A DNA stretch of 64,000 nt. Source: an uncultured Acidobacteriota bacterium. Its GTDB lineage: Bacteria; Acidobacteriota; Terriglobia; Acidiferrales; UBA7541. Positions 10,642 to 19,740 of this stretch are shown here, piece after piece. The notes beneath the pieces were generated by a model. That model was not told the origin of the DNA. It ran no database searches and was given only the letters and a program-made list of their open reading frames with translations. The stretch spans positions 33,625 through 97,624 of the forward strand of contig CAVYLM010000002.1 of NCBI GenBank assembly GCA_963769415.1. The letters are read 5' to 3'. The position numbers and the translations under genes are program-made. The first letter of the stretch is position 1. Each line of letters opens with the position of its first letter.

Positions 10642-11689
10642 TCACGGGCCCGGGGCCAAATATCCTTCGCGGGCAAAGACGCGGACCGCGGGCTTTTTCG
10701 CCGGCGCATTCATCGGCTGGCCGTTCGCGTCGAGCGGCTCGACGGTGAGCGCATGAAACTGGCCGTCGTGCGCGGGCGCAATGCCGAGAACATATTGGTG
10801 GCGCAGCGCCGAAGCGATCTCGTGATAGATGGGCACGAAATCCTTTTCGGACTGGGGGAAATACGCGCGGCCGCCGGTAATCGTGGCGAGCGAGCGCAGC
10901 GCGCCATCGGCTTTCGCGAATTGCGCGTCGGCGGAAGATTCCGGCGGCGCCCGCTTCTTCGATTTCTTGGGCGCTTGCGCCGCGCAGCGATCCTCCGAGC
11001 CCTACGGCAAAAATCACCGCGTCCTCGCTGCGAAGCTTGCTGACCAGCGCGTCCCAGTGCGCAGGAGGCGATGAGTCAAGCCCGGTCGACAGAATCACGA
11101 GCGCACGCTTGCCCGGCGCCGGCCCGAGCCAGTCGAGCGCTTGCGAGATGGAATCGTAGAAATTCAGGTCGCCCATGCCGATCGTGTATTGCACGCCATT
11201 GAGCGCTGCAAGCAGCGCGGATTTGTCCGCGGTGAATTTCAGGACTTCGCGGGGCGTCTCATCGTAGCTGACGAGCGCGACCTGGTCGTCCGCGGCGAGC
11301 CCGTCCAGCAGGGCGTAGGCGGCGACCAGATGCTGGTCGTGAATCAGGTACACGGCGGGGCTGGTTTCCAGCATCACCAGCACCTGCGCCGGCGCTTCCA
11401 CGGGCGTGAAAAATACGACCGGCTGCGCGGTTCCGTTGTCGAGAATCCGAAAATTACTCCGCGCCAGCCCGCCGACGAAATTCCCGCGATTGTCCAGGAC
11501 GCTTGTGTCGACCCTCACGATTTCCGTGGATGCCGTGAGAGGCCGAGCAGACGAGGCCGGCGCTTCTTGCGCTCGCGACGCAGGCGCACCGGCGCCGCAC
11601 ATAAAAACGGTGAGCAGAAAGGCGCAAACGAGCACATCGAGGGCACGGCGCGAGAAACGAAGCGGATTAAGAGCGCGGGTTGCCGGCAT
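10642..11689 (-). CDS. VWA-domain protein of the acidobacterial TIGR03436 type (one apparent frameshift near 10975-10990)
   Basis: N-terminal signal, then VRVDTSVLDNRGNFVGGLARSNFRILDNG..VMLETSPAV..VALVSYDE. The C-terminal FVPIYHEIASALRHQYVLGIAPAHDGQFHALTV..VFAREGYLAPGP is in track ORF 10642..10836, reached by a frame change after GGSLRG. The start is uncertain (11689 or 11710). Confidence 0.75.
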
Positions 11690-11769
11690 CCGCTCGCGTT
11701 GCAAGATCATTTCGATTCCAGCAACGCGAGACGGACGCGGCAAAGTTTCGCTTGTGCCGCGAGTCCGGG

Positions 11770-12630
11770 TCAATTACCCGGAGGCGTCGAGGGCGGGGCT
11801 GCGGTGGCGGACTTCGGCGCGCTCAAATAGCCCTTCGCCGTATCCTTCGTCACGTCGAACACGACGATCTCGTAAGGCGCGCGCGCTCCGTGAACGTAGA
11901 ATTGAATCGGTTCGCCGACCGTCCTGTCCTTCTTTTCGATGTTCTTGTCGTCCGCAACCACGTTGACCGTGTACTTGTACTTCTTCGTGTCGGTCTTCTT
12001 CAGCTGGACCTGAATCGGGCCAACGTGCTCGGGGGACTTTGCCGAACGGTTGAGCGTGAACTCGAAAATATCGCGCTCGCCGAGGCGCTTCAGTTCTTCC
12101 ACTTCGTCGTGATTGCGCGCGATCAAACCGCTCTGCACGCCGAGGTCGCCCTTCATGCTGGACATGGCTCCCTTGGTCGCTTCGAGGTCGGCCTTCGTGG
12201 CGTTCAGGTCGGTCTGCGTGCCACTCAACTGCGTGGCCATCTGCCCGAATTTCGTGCTGGTGTCCGCTTGCACCGCGCCGAGCTGCTGGCGGAACTGCTG
12301 ATCGCTCTTCTGCTGCTCGCTGCGTACGGACTGCGCCAGGCCGCGCGCGCGCGCCAGCTCGTCTTCGGTCAGCCCGAGCTTTTGGGACATCACATCGAGC
12401 TGGCCCTTCAGATCGGCGATGCGCGAATTCGTTTTGTCGAGCTCCGCGGCGGTCGCCTGCGCCTTCTGCGCGGCTTCTTCCTCACTCTTGTGCATGGCCT
12501 GCCGCTGCGAGTAGTTGCCATACAGCAGGTAGGCGACCAGCGCAAACGCCACGACGAAAAGCACCGTCACCCAGCGCGGCAAAGTGCCCGCTTCGACGAC
12601 CTGGGGTTCACTCGGTGTATCCAAACTCAT
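11770..12630 (-). CDS. Membrane-anchored coiled-coil protein, function unknown
   Basis: 286 aa. One TM helix (WVTVLFVVAFALVAYLLY), a long heptad-like Q/K/E/L-rich segment, and a C-terminal beta-rich domain. Confidence 0.7.
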   Translation of the reverse strand: MSLDTPSEPQVVEAGTLPRWVTVLFVVAFALVAYLLYGNYSQRQAMHKSEEEAAQKAQATAAELDKTNSRIADLKGQLDVMSQKLGLTEDELARARGLAQSVRSEQQKSDQQFRQQLGAVQADTSTKFGQMATQLSGTQTDLNATKADLEATKGAMSSMKGDLGVQSGLIARNHDEVEELKRLGERDIFEFTLNRSAKSPEHVGPIQVQLKKTDTKKYKYTVNVVADDKNIEKKDRTVGEPIQFYVHGARAPYEIVVFDVTKDTAKGYLSAPKSATAAPPSTPPGN

Positions 12631-12696
12631 CGAGCCTCCTTGACCGCGTTCGCTGCGGCCGTTTCGCTGGATTATCTACGAGCCGGGGAGCGAAGT

Positions 12697-13107
12697 CTAT
12701 CCCCGCCCGCGCGCGCTGTTTCCACCGCGACGGGGCCAGCGCGCTTCCACGGTGGTCGTCAAGCCTCCGCGCGGCGTGAATTCCCCGGTGACGCGGCACC
12801 ACCTTGGATGAACGGCAGCGACAATGTCCTTCAGCAGCCGGTTCACCGCGTTCTCGTAAAAAATTCCCAGGTTCCGGTACGCCAGCAAGTACATTTTCAG
12901 CGACTTCAATTCCAGGCAGAGCTTTTTCGGCTCGTACTGAATCGTGATCGCGCCGTAATCGGGAAGCCCGGTCTTGGGGCAGACCGAGGTGTACTCCGGG
13001 ACGCGAATCGTTATTTCGTAGCCCGGAAACTGGTTCGGCCAGGTCTCGATCTCGGGCAGTTTTGCGCGGATCCCCGCGCGCGCGTGTTCGTCGGTATAGC
13101 CGGGCAT
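12697..13107 (-). CDS. queF: NADPH-dependent 7-cyano-7-deazaguanine (preQ0) reductase
   Basis: 136 aa. EYTSVCPKTGLPDYGAITIQYEP..LELKSLKMYLLAYRN is the type-I QueF signature (catalytic Cys, E-x-K-S-L-K). Confidence 0.9.
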   Translation of the reverse strand: MPGYTDEHARAGIRAKLPEIETWPNQFPGYEITIRVPEYTSVCPKTGLPDYGAITIQYEPKKLCLELKSLKMYLLAYRNLGIFYENAVNRLLKDIVAAVHPRWCRVTGEFTPRGGLTTTVEARWPRRGGNSARGRG

Positions 13108-13235
13108 TCGAATCCCTTTCTATCCCTCTCTGCCGCTATCTTACACTGTCCCGGCGTCCATACAGTTTCGAGAGTATTGCCGTAGCAATTGCTTTTGGAT
13201 ATGCTGCGCCCGCCAAACCTGGAGAAAGCGAGAAA

Positions 13236-13604
13236 ATGATCTGCCCGCAATGCCGCAGCGCAGACTGCTTCCGTTCCCACCGCGGAGGCGCCTCCGATTT
13301 TTTCGCCACGCTGATACAGCTGCGGCCCTGGCGATGCCACGCCTGCGATAAGCGATTCTATGCCTGGACCGTCGCGGTTCCCTTCGCGCGCTACGTTCAT
13401 TGCCCGCGCTGCGGAAACTTCGACCTCCAACACATCACGCGCGATCGCGTCGATCAGGGCACGCTCCCCATCGTCAAGCGGTTCCTCGGTTTTCCTGCTT
13501 ATCGCTGCGATCCCTGCCGCCAGAAATTCTTCAGTTTGCTGCCATTCCGGCGGATCGTTCCCTCCATGATTTCGGCGGCGGCGCGAAAAGTTCCCGTCGC
13601 ATAA
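13236..13604 (+). CDS. Double zinc-ribbon protein (4x CxxC), function unknown
   Basis: ATG at 13236 follows GGAGAAAG. MICPQCRS..RCHACDKRF..HCPRCGNF..YRCDPCRQKF. Confidence 0.65.
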   Translation: MICPQCRSADCFRSHRGGASDFFATLIQLRPWRCHACDKRFYAWTVAVPFARYVHCPRCGNFDLQHITRDRVDQGTLPIVKRFLGFPAYRCDPCRQKFFSLLPFRRIVPSMISAAARKVPVA

Positions 13605-13665
13605 TTTCGCCCTCAAAATTTTGAAACTAAATGGATTCACGACGGGAGGGGTTTGCCGCGCGGAA

Positions 13666-16494
13666 CTACTCGGCGGGTGTCGTCGGAGCGGTCGAAGGAT
13701 TCGGGTTGCCAAGAGACACAAGCAACCGGCGCAGTTTCGCGCGGTCTTCCAGGCCCATGCCCACCATTTCAAAGCCCGCCTGATGCGACCGCACGAACCG
13801 CACCACGGCCTGCATGTTGATCGAGCGCAGCCCGGCGGGAATCTTCAGCGTCGCTTCGGTGCCGACGGCAAGCTGCACGTCGCCGCTCAGCAAGCCGCCT
13901 TCGAGACTCAGCACGCTGATCGCCGACGAATATTTTCCCCGCGCCGAAGTGATCACCGCGGGCACGTTGCGCGGCAGCCGGATCCGGCGATAGCGGCGAT
14001 GCCGCACCACGTCGCGATCGGGTATCGGATCGAGCGGCGCGAGCGCCATCACTTTGTCGTCCAACCCCGACTGCGGCATAAACTGCGTCATCCACTCCGG
14101 GTCGAGCTTCATCAATGCCTGCGCCGCGGCCGTGCGAACTTCCTCGGGATACGCCCACCCGAACGCTTTCCTCGATTCGACGAAGCGCCGCATGTGGCCC
14201 GCCGCGCCGGTCGCGCGCATGCGTCCCAGCGCCTCGATGGCCTTGATGCGCAGGTAATCCGACGCTTCCGGCAGGATATCTCCCTCGGCGAGCCGCAGAA
14301 GCTTGGGCGCGGTTTCCTGGTCGCCGCACATCCCGATTTCGTCCAGCGCCAGCGGGAGGACCATCGTGTCGAGCAACTCGATGCAATTCGTGAGCAGCTG
14401 CCCGCGCTCGGGCGCGCCCGCAATCGAAAGCTGGCGAACCACCGCGTCGTGAAACGATCGCCCGCCGTGGCGCAATCTCTGCGGCAGCAGATCATCCACC
14501 GAGCCGGAATCGAGCCGGCTGAGCAATCCCGCCACGCTCGCGGCCTTCTGCGGCGATTCCGACTTCATCACTTCCTTCAAATAGCGCGCGCACGCGCTGC
14601 CGACCGCTTTCGCGAGCTGCACCACGTTTTCGCGCTCACTGCGCCGGCCCGACCTTGCCATCCGCACCGCCAGATGCTCGCCCGCGCCTTGCGGGATGCG
14701 CATCAGCACGCCGACGAGCCCTTCCGGCATCGCTTCAGCGGTCAGCGCCTCTTCGATGAACTCCGAAATCCGATTTTCGATGCCCAACCGCGGCCGCAAA
14801 TTCTGTGCCCACGCCGGGCGCAGCTCCTCGAGATCGGCCAGCGAATCGAGCGCCTGCTGCATCGCTTTGTAATAACGCCGCGACGCCGCTTCCTGGCTCA
14901 GCCGCACGAACGCCGCGCTCAGCAGCGTTTGCAGCTCCGCATCCTTTTCGGCCGCGAGTTGCTGCCCGATTTGAGCGAGCGCGTCCTGCAACCGCTGGCT
15001 CGCGCCCTTGCTGTAAAGTTCCGCCAGCTGCCCGAGACCGATCGCCGCTTTCTTGCGCGCCGCTGCGTCCTTGTTGCGCACGCACGACGCGTATTTCAGC
15101 AGGACGTCTCCGGCGATATCGGCTTCGCCGCGCCCCAGCAATTCTTCCACGTATGACTGCACGTTGCGCGGCGGAATGCACCACGCCTCGCTCGATGTCA
15201 GCACCGCGCGCTTGCCCGATTCCGGCACCGCGGCCCAGAATTGCCGGTCGAGCACGTCCGCATGCGATTCCACCGAAAGCCCCGCGCTGGCCATCTTGTC
15301 TTCGCGCGCCTTCAGCAGTTTGCGCAGCGTGCCGAGTTCCTGCCCCATCTTGTCGAGCATCTGCCGCACGGCGTTGACCCGCACCTCGCCGCGCTGGAAC
15401 CGGTCGAGCGCGAAGCGGATCGCGAGATCTTCCGCGAGCTTCAGCAGCACGTTCTCGTCGACTTTGGCCGCGGGAGTTTTTGCCGCGACGGTTGCCAGCG
15501 CCTGCCGCAGCGTCACCTGCGCGTTTTGCGGCAGCGCCGCGAAATTCATCTGCCACGCCACCTGATCCGGCAGCGGACCGCCCTTCGTTCCGCCATGCGC
15601 GGCTTCGCCGAACTGCGCGAGCAGCCGCAGCAGGCTGTGCATTTCCGCTTCGCCGAGTTGCGGCAGCGCGTTCGGATCGTCGCTGGCGGGACCCGCGAGG
15701 TTTCCGCCGCCAATGCGGACGCCAGCGCCGCCGGTTCCTGTGCCAGTGCCGCCTGATGCCTGTCCGGCTCCCGTGCCTGCGGCTGACACCCGATCCACCG
15801 GGCGCGCCCCCGGCATACAAGGAGCCCGAACCCGATCCGCTTCCCGTTCCGGCTCCGGCGCCTGATCCTGCCCGCCCGGGCCGCCATGCGCTCCTTCGGC
15901 TGCGGCGATCAGCTGGATCATTTTCTCGGGGCTGCGGAACCAGTCCTGCACCATCTCCGCATCCGCGCCCAAGGTTCTCGCCGTCAGTTGCGCGGCCACG
16001 CGCGCTTCGGTGTACGACGAATCCTCGGCCACGAACCGGATCTCGTTGACTCGAATTCCCGCCGTCTCGCGGTTGCTGAAGTACAGGTCGAGCCGTTCGC
16101 TCAGTGGCGCGGACTTCGGCCCGCCGCTGTCCATGAACGCCTTCACCAGATTTTCGTATTCCTCCCGCGTAACGCTGGGCAAGAAAGCGATGCTGGCCAC
16201 CCCGGCGCCGTTCAGAAGGTCGGCGAAGCTCTTCTCCGCATGGGTCGATTCGAGGGGTACGCCATCGAGCAAGAGCTGCGAGCCCGAGGCCCCCAAAAGC
16301 AAACCGGCAGTACCCGCTGCTTGGACAGCTTGCTCCAGCTCATTCCAGCTGACCTCGAACTGCGCGGTCGAGCGAAGGTGGTCTAAACCATAGAGCCGAG
16401 AATACTTAAGTAGTACGTTGAGGCTCCTTACGAAGGCTCGGGCATTCGGAATGGTAGACTCGCCAGGCACTGTCAGCTCACCTTGCAGCGTCAT
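13666..16494 (-). CDS. Large HEAT-repeat protein with C-terminal PilZ domain
   Basis: 942 aa. Central HEAT-like units (IKAIEALGRM, AAQALMKLDP). C-terminal PilZ motifs RRYRRIR ... LSLEGG. Confidence 0.8.
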   Translation of the reverse strand: MTLQGELTVPGESTIPNARAFVRSLNVLLKYSRLYGLDHLRSTAQFEVSWNELEQAVQAAGTAGLLLGASGSQLLLDGVPLESTHAEKSFADLLNGAGVASIAFLPSVTREEYENLVKAFMDSGGPKSAPLSERLDLYFSNRETAGIRVNEIRFVAEDSSYTEARVAAQLTARTLGADAEMVQDWFRSPEKMIQLIAAAEGAHGGPGGQDQAPEPEREADRVRAPCMPGARPVDRVSAAGTGAGQASGGTGTGTGGAGVRIGGGNLAGPASDDPNALPQLGEAEMHSLLRLLAQFGEAAHGGTKGGPLPDQVAWQMNFAALPQNAQVTLRQALATVAAKTPAAKVDENVLLKLAEDLAIRFALDRFQRGEVRVNAVRQMLDKMGQELGTLRKLLKAREDKMASAGLSVESHADVLDRQFWAAVPESGKRAVLTSSEAWCIPPRNVQSYVEELLGRGEADIAGDVLLKYASCVRNKDAAARKKAAIGLGQLAELYSKGASQRLQDALAQIGQQLAAEKDAELQTLLSAAFVRLSQEAASRRYYKAMQQALDSLADLEELRPAWAQNLRPRLGIENRISEFIEEALTAEAMPEGLVGVLMRIPQGAGEHLAVRMARSGRRSERENVVQLAKAVGSACARYLKEVMKSESPQKAASVAGLLSRLDSGSVDDLLPQRLRHGGRSFHDAVVRQLSIAGAPERGQLLTNCIELLDTMVLPLALDEIGMCGDQETAPKLLRLAEGDILPEASDYLRIKAIEALGRMRATGAAGHMRRFVESRKAFGWAYPEEVRTAAAQALMKLDPEWMTQFMPQSGLDDKVMALAPLDPIPDRDVVRHRRYRRIRLPRNVPAVITSARGKYSSAISVLSLEGGLLSGDVQLAVGTEATLKIPAGLRSINMQAVVRFVRSHQAGFEMVGMGLEDRAKLRRLLVSLGNPNPSTAPTTPAE

Positions 16495-16612
16495 ATTCTG
16501 TCAGCGTACCAATCAATTGTACTGGAACGGCTGGCGGGGGGAATGGTACGGAAGGTCTAATGGTGCGAACGTCGTTACTGTGCCAAAACTGGTCATTCGG
16601 CCAGTAGGCGGT

Positions 16613-17179
16613 TCAATTGGGCAGCTGTACTTCGACGCCCAAATTCTTCACCACCGGACGCACCCGGCGAATCACTTCGCTGGCCCAAAGCTTCTCGCTG
16701 AGCAGCACGAGCGAGCCATCTTCGAACGCGCAGATCGCGCAGAAGAAATATTTCGGGAAAACGGCGTGGTACGCGTCCACCCCGCGGCGGGCGAGTTCGG
16801 CTTCGAGCGCGGAGTCGGCGTCGGCTCCCGGCGCGAGCGGTGCGCCGGCGCGCGCGCCGAACGTCTCGCCTTCAAATCGCTCGAGCAGCGCCTCCAAAAC
16901 CGCCTGCTCCGGCGCCGGAATCACGATCGAACGCTGGTTCGCCTGCCGGTAGGCGATGCCGTGCGAATCGCAGTAGTCGCGCACGCGGTCGAGGTGGCTG
17001 AAAAAATCGAGCGCCCACGGCTCCTGCCCGGCGGCCGCCTGCAGCACGCGCGCCCAGACGCGAGCGGCGTCCGTCCCGCGCACCGGTTCGCGGTTTTCGT
17101 CCGCTTCGGTCAGCTCCAGCCCGACGGCGCGAACCTCCGCGCCCAGATCGAGCGGTTCGATATCCAGTCTATGCATCAC
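16613..17179 (-). CDS. Hypothetical protein
   Basis: 188-aa ORF with coding-like GC3 bias, co-oriented with its neighbours. I recognised no family. Confidence 0.55.
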   Translation of the reverse strand: MMHRLDIEPLDLGAEVRAVGLELTEADENREPVRGTDAARVWARVLQAAAGQEPWALDFFSHLDRVRDYCDSHGIAYRQANQRSIVIPAPEQAVLEALLERFEGETFGARAGAPLAPGADADSALEAELARRGVDAYHAVFPKYFFCAICAFEDGSLVLLSEKLWASEVIRRVRPVVKNLGVEVQLPN

Positions 17180-17286
17180 CCTTCCGTAGGGGCACAGTCC
17201 GCCAATACTTTGGGGCGGATGCCCGCCAAAATTTCTTGGCGCAAGCTTCCGCCATCTGCCTCCGCCTTAGCTCCGGCGAGAATGAT

Positions 17287-17335
17287 GTGGAGTGCGGCGG
17301 CTCGCCGCCGCTGTTTGCGAGCGAAGCTTGCTTCG
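17287..17335 (-). repeat. Repeat family F, copy 1 (inverted relative to copy 2)
   Basis: gtggagtgcggcggctcgccgccgctgtttgcgagcgaagcttgcttcg. This is the reverse complement of 59017-59065 with a few mismatches. Confidence 0.75.
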
Positions 17336-17350
17336 TCCGCTCCGTACCCG

Positions 17351-17941
17351 TCATTCCTCGTCGACAAACGCGCGCGGGAATTTCTTCTGAAAATCAGAAG
17401 ACTGCTTGCGCACTTCGAGCCAGTCGAAGAACGCGTCGGGAGTTTCGAGCCAGATGCCGAACCACTGCGCGACTTCTTCCTTCTGCGCGCGGTTTTCGGC
17501 CTCCACCTTGTGATTGCGGGAGATCATCTCCGCCCGCCGCCGCCCCAGCCGCGCGATTTCGCGAACGCGCTCCGCTGCGTGCCGCTCGCCTTCGACGGTA
17601 AATTTCCGCAGCAGCTCGTCGAGCCGCACCAGGCACATTTCCGCTTCGGTGAACGTCGAGAAATGCAGCAGGTCCGTGAACTCTTCCTCGTATTTCCCTT
17701 CGGTATCCGACTGCTTGGACCACACCACGCGCATTCCCGCCTCTTCCAGCACGCTCACGATGTAATCCGCGGAAGTCTTCCCGTGCGCGGGGCCCAGGTG
17801 CGAAATCAGCTGGCGGCGAATCTGCTCGATTTCCGCCGGCGTGAAGCGCGGCTTTTCCAGCGCGCGCGCGGCTTCCAGGATCAGATCTTTTTTCGTGGAA
17901 GATTCGCCGTGATCCTTCTTGTTGGAGGGGCTGCCGGTCAC
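17351..17941 (-). CDS. Hypothetical protein
   Basis: 196-aa ORF with a charged, helical composition. It ends 9 nt before... it lies directly downstream of mltG on the same strand. Confidence 0.6.
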   Translation of the reverse strand: MTGSPSNKKDHGESSTKKDLILEAARALEKPRFTPAEIEQIRRQLISHLGPAHGKTSADYIVSVLEEAGMRVVWSKQSDTEGKYEEEFTDLLHFSTFTEAEMCLVRLDELLRKFTVEGERHAAERVREIARLGRRRAEMISRNHKVEAENRAQKEEVAQWFGIWLETPDAFFDWLEVRKQSSDFQKKFPRAFVDEE

Positions 17942-17949
17942 GACCGTCC

Positions 17950-19017
17950 TTAGTGTTGCGGAGTTTGTGGAGTCTTCTTGGATGCGGATCCCGTGGCAAG
18001 GTTGTCGCGCGCGATCAGCTTGCGCAGGCGCGCCACGTTGCGGTTGTGCTCCGCCAGCGTGCGGCTGAACGCATGGCCGCCTGCATCATCGGCGACGAAA
18101 TACATGTAATCCGTTGTCGTCGGCGCCAGCGCCGCGCGCAGCGAAGCCTCGCCGGGATTCGCGATCGGCCCCGGCGGCAGGCCGCGATGCTCGTATGTGT
18201 TGTACGGCGAATTGATCTTCAGATCCACGGCGTGCACGTTTTTCTCTGGACGCCCCGCCAGCGCCATCGCGTACTGCACCGTCGGATCGCACTGCAGCGG
18301 CTCGCCGATCCGCAGTCGATTGTAGAACACTCCCGCGACCAGCGGCCGTTCTTCGGGCTCGGGCGTCTCGCGCTCGACCAGCGACGCCAGCGCCACCTGC
18401 TGCCGCGCGTCGAGCGCCGGCCCTTGCGGCGGAGTGGTCGCGGGCGGAAGCGTCTCCCACACCGCGCGGAAATCCTGCACCATGCGCTTCACTGCCTGCT
18501 CGCACGTGGTATGCCGGGAAAATTCGTAGGTTGACGGAAACAAAAATCCTTCCAGGCTGTTCGCCTGCGGCGCGAGGTCCGACACGAGCGACGTATCGTG
18601 TGCCGCGGCCAGGAATTCTTCGCGTGGGCAAATGCCCTGCTTCTCGAGTTCCGCGGCGATGTCGAACATCGTCCAGCCTTCCGGAATCGTGACCGTGTGG
18701 ACGTAAATCTGGCCGCGCGAAATCTTCCAGAACACTTCGCGCGAATTGACCGGATGGTCGAAATAGTATTCGCCTGCTTGCAGCTTCTTGCGGAAATGCC
18801 ATTCGCTGAAGAGCGCGAACGCGAGCTTGCTGCGGATCACGTCGTTGCGCCGCAGGATCGCGGCCACGCCCCAGCGCGACGTGCCGCGCGGAATATCCAC
18901 GAACACTTTCTCCGGCCGATGCCCGCGATAGGGACGGTTGATCTGCGAATCCACCCAGGCCGCGCCGCCGCCGAGCACGGCGATCAGGAGAAGTGCCAGA
19001 AATCCCAGCCGCCGCAT
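17950..19017 (-). CDS. mltG: Endolytic murein transglycosylase MltG (YceG family)
   Basis: 355 aa. N-terminal TM helix, GEYYF..TIPEGWT..IASLVERE..VFYNRL..LQCDPTVQY..YNTYEHRGLPPGPIANPG. Confidence 0.92.
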   Translation of the reverse strand: MRRLGFLALLLIAVLGGGAAWVDSQINRPYRGHRPEKVFVDIPRGTSRWGVAAILRRNDVIRSKLAFALFSEWHFRKKLQAGEYYFDHPVNSREVFWKISRGQIYVHTVTIPEGWTMFDIAAELEKQGICPREEFLAAAHDTSLVSDLAPQANSLEGFLFPSTYEFSRHTTCEQAVKRMVQDFRAVWETLPPATTPPQGPALDARQQVALASLVERETPEPEERPLVAGVFYNRLRIGEPLQCDPTVQYAMALAGRPEKNVHAVDLKINSPYNTYEHRGLPPGPIANPGEASLRAALAPTTTDYMYFVADDAGGHAFSRTLAEHNRNVARLRKLIARDNLATGSASKKTPQTPQH

Positions 19018-19022
19018 TCCGC

Positions 19023-19517
19023 TTAATCCCTCTCTCCGCCGGCGCCATGCGCCCGGTTGCGTGTTTTCTCGAGGTAGTCGCGCAGCAAGATCGCGGCGGC
19101 TACGTCGTCGATGGGCTTGCGCTTGCGCCGCGCGCGCGGACGCGTTTCCGCCACCGTCTGTTCCGCCTCCCAGCTTGTCAGCCGCTCGTCCACCAGTTCC
19201 ACCCCGATGCCCGTCTCTCTCTGGAGTCGCGCGGCAAACCGCGCGGCCTCATCCGACATTTCGCTGACCTCGCCGGTCATGTGCAGAGGGTGGCCGACGA
19301 TGATATGCGCCACGCCGTGCGCGCGGCAAGCTTCGCGAAGCCTGTGCATATCGCGCTGCCGGTTCACGCGCGAAATCGTCGCCAGCGGCTGCGCCGTCAG
19401 CCCCAATTCATCCGATAGCGCGAGGCCGATTCGTTTTCGCCCGTAGTCCACCGCAAGGATCCGCCGCGGCTTCACGGCCGACGCGGAACCTTCCCCGCTG
19501 CTCGCGCGCCCAATCAT
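19023..19517 (-). CDS. ruvX: Putative pre-16S rRNA nuclease / Holliday-junction-resolvase-like YqgF
   Basis: RILAVDYGRKRIGLALSD..IIVGHPLHMTGE.S....ARFA..L......V.LVDERLTS. ATG at 19515-19517 chosen. Confidence 0.88.
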   Translation of the reverse strand: MIGRASSGEGSASAVKPRRILAVDYGRKRIGLALSDELGLTAQPLATISRVNRQRDMHRLREACRAHGVAHIIVGHPLHMTGEVSEMSDEAARFAARLQRETGIGVELVDERLTSWEAEQTVAETRPRARRKRKPIDDVAAAILLRDYLEKTRNRAHGAGGERD

Positions 19518-19620
19518 CGCCCGCTCATTATACGTGACGCCTATCTTCGCCTGCATACCGCCTGTGCCCGAGTTTCCGAAATATCGTTGCCTTTCCGGCA
19601 CGGATGGTGACGCGAACGGT

Positions 19621-19651
19621 CTTTAGGGGGTCGGAGCTTCAGCTCCGACAC
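19621..19651 (+). repeat. Partial copy (core hairpin) of the 126-bp MITE-like element
   Basis: ctttagggggtcggagcttcagctccgacac matches the interior of 22505-22631. Confidence 0.7.
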
Positions 19652-19740
19652 GGGAGTCCACGAAAGTTGCGGGCTTTAGCCCCGGAGGTGCGAGGCGAAC
19701 GGCGAATTCAGATCATTTCCGATTCGATTCACGATCTCCG

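Noticed and set aside
13621-15156. Long (500+ aa) plus-strand ORF. Similar long ORFs are at 16418-17953, 23218-24189, 27972-29003, 35341-36315, 36300-37682, 39698-40552, 42644-43579, 43601-44716, 60269-61189 and others.
   Set aside because: All are antisense or off-frame to genes with clear family motifs. All have Arg/Ala/Pro/Gly-dominated composition with no motifs, the usual stop-codon-poor artefact of high-GC DNA.
17169-17367. Small ORFs between the two hypothetical genes at 16.6-17.9 kb.
   Set aside because: They consist of family-F repeat sequence (..EASFARKQRRRAAALH..), which recurs at 59017-59065 in a non-coding context.
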